Shown: positions 34,214 through 45,200 of the stretch, piece by piece
Layout of the letters: each line of letters opens with the position of its first letter
How positions within the stretch are numbered: position 1 is the stretch's first letter
From: Macrostomum hystrix
Lineage: Eukaryota; Animalia; Platyhelminthes
Reading direction: 5' to 3'
NCBI GenBank assembly: GCA_950097015.1
Contig: CATNEN010000038.1
Location: forward strand, 8,370,001 to 8,434,000
Length of the DNA: 64,000 bases
Program-made: the position numbers and the translations under genes
The notes under the pieces: generated by a model
The model's database searches: none
What the model saw: only the letters and a program-made list of their open reading frames with translations
What the model was told of the DNA's origin: nothing

Positions 34214-37200
34214 TTAATCATTTCCACCACCGCAGCCGCCTCCACCGCAGCCTCCGCCGCCGCACCCCCCACCGCCGGTGTCTCCACCACCGCCGCAGCC
34301 GCCACCGCCTCCACCGCTGTCTCCGCCGCCGCCACAGCCGCCGCCACCACCTCCACCTGTGTCTCCGACGCCGCAGCCGCCGCCACCGCAGCCTCCGCAA
34401 CCCCCGGCATCAAAATCCCCGTCGCCGCCACCGCCATCATCGACACCGTCGCCACCGCCGCCGCCGCCGTCATCGAAATTGATCTCGCCGGTGGCGGCGT
34501 CAATTCCGCCGCCAGCTTCTTCAATAGCCTCCTGAAGGTCGTCAAAGCCGCCAGCAACAATCATTTCTTCCCAGCAGAAGCTACCACCAGCGCTGCCAGC
34601 GCTGCCACCGCTGCCACCGCTGCGCCGACTGCCGCCGCTGTGTTTGCTGCTGACACTGCCGCCGCTGCCGCGCCTCGTGCGCTGCCACCAGTGGCCGCAG
34701 TGCCAGTGCCAGCGCAGCGGCATCCACTCCAGATGACAGGCTCCGGCGGCCTGGCAGAACATCACGGTCTCCGGCTCGACCTGGTAAACCTTGCCGCGGC
34801 CTTGGACGGGCCTGGGAGCCGCCGGCTTGGCCCGGATCAGCGCCTGTTGCTTTGGCGCGCCGAGCAGGCGAGTCTGCGGTCCCAGACTCTGCGCGGCAGC
34901 CGTCAGCCTGTCATAGCGGGTCGCTTGCGAAGGCGCCAGTTGGCCGGCGGCGGTGGCCGTGGCGGCCGGTGGCAGCGGCTGGCACATTGCCTCCAGAGCC
35001 GAGGCGCAGAACGCGGCTGCGATCAGCTGTGGCGCACAGTGGCAGTCGCTCTCCAGTCGGACAGAGCCGCTGTTGAAGTCTACCAGAATGCCGCCAATGC
35101 TGAACTCGTGCTTGTCAGACTTGTCCGTCTTCGGCAGGCGCATCTTGTTTGGCCGTGTCGGAATACCCGGCCCAGCTGTCACGGCGTGCAGGGTCAGGTC
35201 CAGGTAGCCCGGACTGCCCGGCACCGGCGGGACCCCGGGGCGGCCTGGAGTGCCGCGCCTGCGCCCGGTCCAGTTGCCTAGCAACAAGCCCCAATCGCCG
35301 GTGGCGTCTTTGATGAGGAAGGCGCGCTGGCGAACAGCTGGATTGAGACTGATCAGACCGGAATAAGAGTTGCTGGTCTGCAATGTGATAGGGTAAATTA
35401 TGGCTATAAAATGCGATTCGCGGAGCGACATGAAGCAATCGGAGTGCAGTCAGGAAGGCATGGGGGCCCTGTACCAACTAAAAGGCTAGCTACTGACTCT
35501 GGCGTCGTGAATTCAGTGAGGGGTCTATACCTTATGACTCAATCAGGGCGGCCTTCCTCTGAGATGTAACTGCAAGCTCATAAAAAACTGCTCAGCCACC
35601 GTTAACATAACCCTTGCTTTAACCCTTGGCGCAAAAAGGATTGGCAAATCAGGGTACTCTGTTAATCCTCTCCTACACTCGCTCTCTCACATTCTTCTGC
35701 CTCTTCTACTGACTATCTCCCTCTCCAAACCCTTCCCATACTGACACTAACCCTTCCTCCTCTCTACGCCCACTTTTCTCTATCCGCTCCTGTCTACCTC
35801 TGCCTCGCCCTCTTCCTCTACCCCTCTCTACCTCAGCCACCCCCCTCAACCTCTGCCGCCCTCTGCCTCCCCCTCTGCCTCTCCCTCAACCTCTGCCACC
35901 CCCTCAACCTCTGCCTCCCCCTCAACCTCTGCCCCCCTCTGCCTCCCCCTCAACCTCTGCCCCCCTCTGCCTCCCCCTCAACCTCTGCCCCCCTCTGCCT
36001 CTCCCTCAACCTCTGCCGCCCTCTGCCTCAACCTCTGCCCCCCTCTGCCTCTCCCTTAACCTCTGCCCCCCTCTGCCTCCCCCTCTGCCTCCCCCTCAAC
36101 ATCTGCCCCCTCTGCCTCCCCCTCAACATCTGCCCCCTCTGCCTCCCCCTCAACATCTGCCCCCTCTGCCTCCCCCTCAACATCTGCCCCCTCTGCCTCC
36201 CCCTCAACATCTGCCCCCTCTGCCTCCCCCTCAACATCTGCCCCCTCTGCCTCCCCCTCAACATCTGCCCCCTCTGCCTCCCCCTCAACATCTGCCCCCT
36301 CTGCCTCCCCCTCAACATCTGCTTCCTCTGCCTCCCCCTCAACATCTGCCCCCTCTGCCTCCCCCTCAACATCTGCTTCCTCTGCCTCCCCCTCAACATC
36401 TGCCCCATCTGCCTCTCCCTTAAGGCTTTGGCTGCGCTTCTCAGCCTCTCAGAATGGATGATAACTATGGGTGAAGTCTAGCAGGTGCAGAAACGCCAAG
36501 CTCACTTTAGTGCAGGTTGGCAGCTGATCGATGCCCACCATGTGAGCCACGCAGACCATCGCATCGCCGTAGAAGACTTGCACAACAGACTGGGCCAGCT
36601 GCTGCGAGTGAATCACGCGCACCGTGAAGGCCAGCTGCGAGGAGCCCGTCACGAGGCTGGAAATCCGGGATTTAGAAAACGCGAAACTTTTAAAGTCATT
36701 CATCGGGGATTCAAGGTCATTCTCAAATGTTAAGAATTCTTTGTAAGGGTCACACGAACACACACGTACATGTCCCAATTCGAATGAATTGAATGATCAC
36801 GTGACAGCTCTCAGTCAATAGCAAGATGTCGAGGCAACACAGGAAACAACGTTTCTTAGATAAAGTTTAGAAGGCTGGTTCTCGCTAGTAAATATACACT
36901 ACGGAGATAGGAAATCTTCACTTTCACTCGAAACATTTAGCGACTGCGTTTTTATTTTAGTTTTTTTATAAGAAACGCATAGTTACCCATCCTTCTACTC
37001 CTAGTGATCCCTGGTAGCTAATGCAAACATCCGCGCCATGCGACCTTGAATCCCGTTGTGCTCACCAGTGCGAAGCCACAATGCAGCGGTGCTCCACCCC
37101 GGCTGGCACGTGGCCCAGCGGCACCGGGCCCCAGAGGCTCTCCACGTTGGTTGGCATGACAACGGCCAGCCAATCGCCGGCCACCAGGCGGAGGTTGCAG

Positions 37201-37818
37201 GCGCTGAGCGTTGGAGGCTTGGCTGACAAAGTCAGACGAGCGGCGAAGCTATCACTGCCGCCACCGCGGCCGCCATTGGAGGGGTCCGTAGCGATGAAGG
37301 CGTCGCAGGTCAGATTGCGAACCTCTTCGCCAAGTTGCAGACGTTGAAGAGCGGCTGTCAGGTCGAGCTGTTGGCAAATAATAGGCAATAGTGAAATATA
37401 TGCGCGAGTGAAAGACTGGCTGAGTGGGAGAGTGACTGAAGATTGAGAGATTCTGGTAGAGTGAGAGATTCTGGTAGAGTGAGAGATTCTGGTAGAGTGA
37501 GAGATTCTGGTAGAGTGAAGATTCTGGTAGAGTGAGAGATTCTGGTAGAGTGAGAGATTCGGATAGAGTGAGAGATTCTGGTAGAGTGAGAGATTCTGGT
37601 AGAGTGAGAGATTCGGATAGAGTGAGAGATTCTGGTAGAGTGAAGATTCTGGTAGAGTGAAGATTCTGGTAGAGTGAAGATTCTGGTAGAGTGAGAGATT
37701 CTGGTAGAGTGAGAGATTCTGGTAGAGTGAGAGATTCTGGTAGAGTGAGAGATTCGGATAGAGTGAGAGATTCGGATAGAGTGAGAGATTCTGGTAGAGT
37801 GAGAGATTCTGAGAGACT

Positions 37819-37855
<37 letters not shown>

Positions 37856-40539
37856 TCTGAGAGAGAGAGACTCTAGGAGTGAAAGATTTTGGATTGACAG
37901 ATTTTAGAAGAGTGATAGGCTGGGAATGACAGATTATGGGAGAGTGACAGGCTGGGAGAGTGACAGGCTGGGAGAGTGACAGGCTGGGAGAGTGACAGGC
38001 TGGGAGAGTGACAGGCTGGGAGAGTGACAGGCTGGGAGGGTGACAGGCTGGGAGGGTGACAGGCTGGGAGAGTGACAGGCTGGGAGAGTGACAGGCTGGG
38101 AGAGTGACAGGCTGGGAGGGTGACAGGCTGGGAGAGTGACAGGCTGGGAGAGTGAGAGGCTGGGAGAGTGACAGGCTCGGAGGGTGACAGGCTGGGAGGG
38201 TGACAGGCTGGGAGAGTGACAGGCTGGGAGGGTGACAACAGACATGCGAGAATGTACCTCGCAATCGCCAATCAGAAAGCCTCCACCTCCGCAGAAGGGC
38301 GCGGAGCCTTTGCGCTTGTCCAGCAGATTCAGCTGCAGCGGGCACTGGCGGTCGCCATTCACCAGGTAATTGAATTCGGCCAATGGCGGCTGCGTGGATT
38401 CGATTAGTCGGCCCTGGGAGTTGCCGACTTTCAACAGGCGGCGCATCTTCCTGCTGCTGCCGGACTCCACAGGGGCCAGCAGGGCCAGCTTGTAGCGCTC
38501 AACGGGCGGCGGATTCGTCAGCTCCAGGCGGGTCAAGCTAAGGCAGTAGCGGCGCTGGCAGATCTGCCGCATCTGGTCCAGGCTGAACGGCGCCAATTTG
38601 CCTTCTGGGGGCTCGCCCCGGTACATGCAGCTGAGGATGGGGCCCAGTCAGCGAAGACTTGATCTAGGGATCTGAATGAACTACCGGCTAAATATGGGAA
38701 TCTGAGAGGACTACTGGCTGAATATGGGGATCTGAGAGGACTACTGGCTGAATATGGGGATCTGAGAGGACTACTGGCTAAATATGGGGATCTGAGAGGA
38801 CTACCAGCTGAACATGGGAATCTGAGAGGGCTACTGGCTGAATATAGGGATCTGAGAGGACTACTGGCTAAATATGGGGATCTGAGAGGACTACCAGCTG
38901 AATATGGGGATCTGAGAGGGCTACTGGCTGAATATGGGGATCTGAGAGGGCTACTGGCTAAATATGGGGATCTGAGAGGACTACTGGCTGAATATGGGGA
39001 TCTGAGAGGACTACTGGCTGAATATGGGGATCTGAGAGGACTACTGGCTGAATATGGGGATCTGAGAGGGCTACTGACGGGCTAATCAATTGAATATCAG
39101 AATGACAGGATGTGAAAGAATCGAAGTGAGATTGCTACAATAAGCGCTCACCCGCTCTTGACGTAGCTCTCCCCAAAGTGCTGCGACCATAGCTCGGCGG
39201 TCCTGGCGTAGGCCTTGGACAACTTGGAGCCCTCGCCGCGGTCGCCAACATTGTCATCGTGGCTTAGCAGCCGATTGAGCAGTCTCATGCAGTCCTGCTC
39301 ATAAACTATGGGAGTCAGCTGGTGCGTGTGCCACATCAGGTCGATGTCGTAGCAGGGTACCAGGAATTCCTGTGAGATTGGATATGAATGATAGAGTAAG
39401 TGTTGTGCTGTCATCTGATTTTAATTGGATCTAACCAGCGACCCAAAAGTACATTACCTGGTAGATATTTCTTAGTAATTTCTATAGTCTTGGTTATTTT
39501 AGTTTACCAAGGCAGTTAAAATACAAATACAAATACACAACGGAAATAGGAAAAATTATTTTCGTAAATTAGCGACCATTTAAAACACATGAAAATTAAC
39601 GACTACCAAACCCGGAAAATGTAAGAAAACTGAGAGATCTGGAAGATTACGACAAAAAATCCGGAAATTTTATAAGGGACATACAAACTTAATTGAGAGT
39701 CGAAACGACCTAAAAATTACCTAAAAATTTATACGTAGACGCACCTGCGGGCAGAGCTGCTGCAGTCGCAGGAATTGCAAATAGCGAGTCAGGCTGGCCT
39801 CCAGAAACTCGGTTTCCCGATAGTGCGGCAGGGAGACATTGTAAAAGAAGGCTTTCTGGCGTTGCATCGCGCCGCGAATGTCGTAGGCGATTCGCTTGCT
39901 GCCTGAGCCAACGCCAGCCTCCAAGGCCGCTACAGCCGCCAAGTCCAGCTCAAATGGTTCGCCTGGATAGGCTTGAGTCCAGAGATCCCTGCTCAAATTT
40001 GCTGACACGGCGGTCGGCGATGGTGACTCAGTGTCCGGGACAAAACCTGCAATTAGTTGGAATTTGGAAACAAGTTCTCAACTAGGAGATAAGAAGAGAG
40101 GGATAAAACAGAAGGATTCACAAGATAGGGGAGGGAGAAGACAGTGGGAGATAAGACAGTAAAAGAAAAACAGGGAAGATTAGACTAATTAGCAAGTAGC
40201 CAATAGGAGACTATTAGACTAATCAACCTTACCTATTAAGTTGGTGACATCAGTTATGTACTGCTTTGGAGCAAGCTGGTGGCAGTGGGCCACCCAAGCC
40301 ACATCAAATGGTGGCTTTAGTTGTCTGCACCTGTCCTTGTTGTTGCTTAGCAGTGGAAGCCACATTGTTTCATATCGATGAAGGGCTTGGTCTGTCACTC
40401 TAGCATTATTTAGCATTGAGTTATGGTTGACAGTTTCTAGGAATTCGATGTGTCTCTTAGCTGCAGACACCAAATCACCAGTGATTTTAATTGACTCTGG
40501 ATCAAAAATTGACTTTTTTGAAGCACTTTTTGAAGTCAT
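34214..40539 (-). CDS. Glycine-rich domain-containing protein (GRDP-like, DUF1399), ~938 aa, 7 exons
   Basis: Exons 40539-40233, 40046-39745, 39369-39152, 38630-38258, 37367-37066, 36656-36506 and 35377-34214, in phase. Two DUF1399-type repeats ('DLVSAAKRHIEFL...RYETMWLPLL...PPFDVAWVAHCHQLAP' and 'FLVPCYDIDLMWHTHQLTP') and a GGCGGG-rich C-terminal tail. Confidence 0.88.
35830..36420. repeat. 27-bp C-rich minisatellite (GRDP intron 6)
   Basis: Unit CAACATCTGCCCCCTCTGCCTCCCCCT. Confidence 0.9.
37443..37870. repeat. 18-bp minisatellite plus (GA)n microsatellite (GRDP intron 4)
   Basis: Unit GTGAGAGATTCTGGTAGA; (GA)n at ~37822-37870. Confidence 0.9.
37937..38237. repeat. 16-bp minisatellite (GRDP intron 4)
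   Basis: Unit GGCTGGGAGAGTGACA. Confidence 0.9.
38666..39076. repeat. 30-bp minisatellite (GRDP intron 3)
   Basis: Unit CTACTGGCTGAATATGGGGATCTGAGAGGA. Confidence 0.92.
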
Positions 40540-42295
40540 TATATTTCTGTCCACTGGAATAAGGATTACATAATAAGTGAACTTATACTTATAGTATGTT
40601 GTATTTTAATAAGTTTTAAATCAAAGCCCATTAGAAGTAGGTTGTAAATAATCTGAACAGCTAGGCCTAGTACAAAATTACTATTAAATATTAGAATTAC
40701 CTATATATTACTATTTTCAATAGGCCTAATAACTTAAATAAGTATAAAAAACAGCCAGGTCTAGCAAGCTATATATCCTAGATAAAAGAATCCAAAAAAG
40801 AACAGGCTCCTTTTAAACAAAGTACACAATACTTTAAACAACAGTAGGTGATTAACAGTCACATTAGGGCTATAAGTCAAAGTATAGCCATAGTCAACTA
40901 AGGATAGTTCTAAGGACAATGATAATGTGTTACTAACTAAACCATTTCGAAGATAGACTTATAGCCTGCAGGCTGCAAATTAAAAATGTTGACATAATGA
41001 GAATTAAACGTTGAACTATATTTCATTGTCGTTATTAAATAGATCTATCATATTAATACTAACATCATAACTACAAATAATATTGATGATCTGCACTTCA
41101 ATGAATGTTGTAACGATTAATTGTAACGGGATTGTAACGGAATAGTAGGTTCACGTCGAATTAAATTTTTGCTGCTTAAGAGTTCATAACAACACATTCA
41201 CAAAAGAAAAAATAAGAAACTTTTTCTTGTTTTAATACGTTTTCTGTATAAAAAATTTACTTTAACATTAAGGTTTTTCTGAATTAAAATGCTTCTGTGA
41301 TTTTATTATTGTTTTAATAATTACATTTCTAGCGACTTTAAAGTGACCACGAGTTCTAATTCTTTAAAAGTCCACGGGCAATGCTCTCATTGTTGCAACT
41401 TATCGTGTCAACAAAATTTTTTTTATAAGTGAAGTGATTTATATACGAAACTTATACATAATGACATGCTACATAAATTAAAATCGATAGTAGCAGTTTT
41501 TCATGTTTTTAAGCTAGCTAAGCAGTGGTTTACATTTTTGGGACAAATTATAACATATTGTCCCATTAAGGAACATAATTCTTATCAATGCCTTTGTCTT
41601 TAGGTTTCTATGTCTTTTGACCTGTGTCCTTTGCAAACCATATTTGCAAGACAGTTTAAGTCATAAATAAAAGCTTGATTTCAGTCTCTAGTCATTTTTT
41701 TCATATAAATGATTTTTTAAATTTGCTTATTGAAAGACAAGTTAAATATTTACCTAGTTTTAACAAACAACTTTTAGGAAATACTAGAGCCTTGTCTATA
41801 GTCCAGAGCCTTAGACACAATTTAAGCTGACTTCTTAAATATTTTCAACCATCAGCACATTATAATATTTTTTCTTATAACTATCTATATGTCTTGTGTG
41901 TAATATGACAATATCATTTAACTTCTAGGCCTAATTTGAGACAGGATGTAATATAGTCAAATAAAAACAAATTCGTGTAGCTAAACTCTTTAAACTTGCT
42001 GCAGCAATTTCAAAATTGCTATTATTTAATGGACCTTCAACTTTTAATGTACTTTCTTAGATAGATAGCAATTTTTAATGAAAATGAAAGCAATCAAAAG
42101 TTAAAGAAATAAGTTATGACCACATGATAGAGAAAAGCAAAGTCATATTTTGCATATTTTGATTAGGTTCACTTTTATCTTTCTTGGGTATAATCTGGCT
42201 ATATTCTATAGGTTAACCAGGTGGCAAAGCATCAGATTTTAAATATATGTATATGTTCTAAATTGATTCCAAACAGATCCTGTGAATGAAGTGTA

Positions 42296-45200
42296 ATGCA
42301 CCAGCAAAATCAGCAGCAGCAGCAACGACAACGACAGCAGCTGTTGGAGCTACTGACCAGTATCACCAGCCGCCAGACTAGCCATACCAACCCCAGAAAT
42401 GCTCCACAGCATGAGCTAAATGAGGCTCGAATCCAGCTTGCCATTCGCCAGGCCATCAATCCTTTGAGCAGTGTTAATGGGGAGGCTTTAAACAGCCCAA
42501 CAAACCTGATGCCAGCGCCGCAGCCGCTCTATTCAAACGCTGTCACAGCATCAGCCTCGATGATGAATGGTGATTTGGTCAGCAGCAGCAGCAGTGGTGT
42601 AGTAAATGGTTCCAGCGCCACAGCCAGCAGCGCCACTTCTCTGCAGTCGGGTGTAGCAGGTCTGCTGCACTCACTGGCCTCTCAAACAGCTCAGATGCAG
42701 ACTGTACTGGGCGCTATCCTGGCTCAGCAGCAACCAATGACTTCAACTAGTACCAGGTTCGTGGTTTCTGCATATTTATTGTATTCTAGAGTTGTTAAAA
42801 TGAATAACTAAAACAGTAGTCTCTATTTCAACATGGCCCAGCTATCCGGACAGCCTACTTGCGCCACAGGATCATTGTGACAGCCCGTGTGCGCCGTTGC
42901 CTTCGACGCTACTTCCCGCAGTGCCAGCTGCGTCTTCTTCGAGTTCTTCCTTTTCTTCCACTGCGTCTTCCGCCACTGGTGCCGCATTATCTTTTCCCTC
43001 TGCTGCTGCTGCTGCTGCCACTGCTGCGACTCCCCCAGTGTCGATTAGCAACAATGCCTCCTCTACTTCGCTGTCGATGCCAACATCGCCGTCGCCGTCA
43101 GCTTGCAGCTGCCCATCGTCTGGCGAGGCAGTCACCATCGGGTTAGTCAGTTTGTTATTACTCTATAGATTTTTTCTGAATCTGCGAATACAAAGTTCTA
43201 AATGGTTTATTTGATTGCTGTATTACTTATTCATTTAGTTAAATGCATTACCACGCTCTGTAAAAAAGTTACATGAAGCGGAGCTGAGCAATATTATTTT
43301 ACTTTTCACTTCTTCATATACTGTTTCTGACAATGAAGTATAAAGTAAAAATATCTGCATAATTTCAGCGCCCTGTCTGTCTCGTTCGGGTTAACCTACT
43401 TTTAGTTGTTGTCTTTCTTTGCCTGGGCCAAATTTTCCAGCGTGCAATAGCAATAGTTAGATCACTTTTCCATTGGATCGCTGTGCTAGTCTCTGTGGTA
43501 ATGGTATACATGTATTATGAACATTACGAGTATGACCGCAAATTGCAGATAGAAAATGGACCTCTGCCAACCCCAGAGGCCATGGAATTTCCTTACGATT
43601 GTCGGAGGAGAGCGGAATGGAAAAAACCGCTATTCTCTCACCCTCTTTCCTCTCCCCAGCCAGTGTACGCGTGTGTGAAGTTCTATTTTTAGAACCAGCC
43701 AACTGCACCGAGGGATTCCCCAGATTTGATAAAATTTTCCATTTGTCTCTACAAAAAAGTCAAACTTTTGGATGACCCTTCCTTTTCCCGTGGCCATACA
43801 TACGCGAGAGAACTGACAATAGACTAGCAGAAATATGTACTGACCCCCTCAGAATGGAAAAGCACGTTTTCTTTTTATCAAGACACGCGGCTTTTGAAGG
43901 AGGAAACACTTTTTAGTTAAAATAATTTTTGTTCCTTGCATCGTTGAAATTTAAATTGCATTCGAACGCAGTCATTTTACTAGTCAGGATTCAGGTGAGA
44001 CCAAAGTGTCAGAATATTTTGGCATGCTTTCGATTTTAGATAGGTGTTATTAAAAGACTTAACATTTGAACTACTTACTAACAGTAGTAAGTCGAGTGAT
44101 TTGCCTCGAGAAGCGATGCGTATAGTCAAAGACTGTAACGCGTTAATAAATCAAAAGCGCCGGGCACTACAAAGATTGCTGATCTGTTGTAGTGGCTAAT
44201 CGAAGATAAGTACCATAAACTGACTTCTTGATTATTAAATTAAGTAAGAATTATCTATTCAAAGAAAATATGATACAGCGTAGGATAGCCCGGTAAGTAC
44301 GAGTAGATAATTCGATTTCATACTTTCAGTAGCATATAGTGGGTATAAACAACACTATTTTCCAAAACTAAACCTCTGGCAACCGCAGGCAGTCTACAGC
44401 GTTGCCGCCTCCAGCTGTCGGCGTCAGCCTTCAGGCCTCCGGCCTGCCAGCGTCTCGCGGCGCCTACGGACTGACCATTGTGGCCCAGCCGGAGGCGCAT
44501 CATCGGGCGCGCTACCTGACAGAGGGCTCGCGCGGCTCAGTTAAGGACAGGTTGCATCAGGGCTACCCAACTGTTCAAGTGAGGCTTTCTTAGTGTGATG
44601 ATAAATCATACATGATAAACAATGAGTTGCTGGGATAATCAGATAAGGTGATGATGAGATTAACAATTATGAGATGATAATATGATAGATAAGATTATAG
44701 ATGATATAGAGATTATAGATTACATCCATTACGAGAATATGGATGTCTTGGCTTTTCAATGTAGTCCAGCTATTTCTACGTGAAAGTGGGCTGAACAATG
44801 AGGGTACGGAAGCAGTGAAGCAAGTGCAAACTCATCACTGACCCTTTCGCAAAACAATGACCGGCCGACCCTTACGTCGATTAGAGGATGATTAGACAAT
44901 GGATGATTAGATGATAGATGATTAGACAATAGATGATTAGACTATAGATGATTAGACAATAGATGATTAGACAATAGATGATTAGACTACAGATGATTAG
45001 ACAATAGATTATTAGACTACAGATGATTAGGCAATAAATGATTAGACAATAGATGATTAGACTATTGATGATTGGACAATAGATGATTAGGCAATAAATG
45101 ATTAGACAATAGATGATTAGACTATTGATGATTGGACAATAGATGATTAGGCAATAAATGATTAGACAATAGATGATTAGACTATTGATGATTAGACAAT

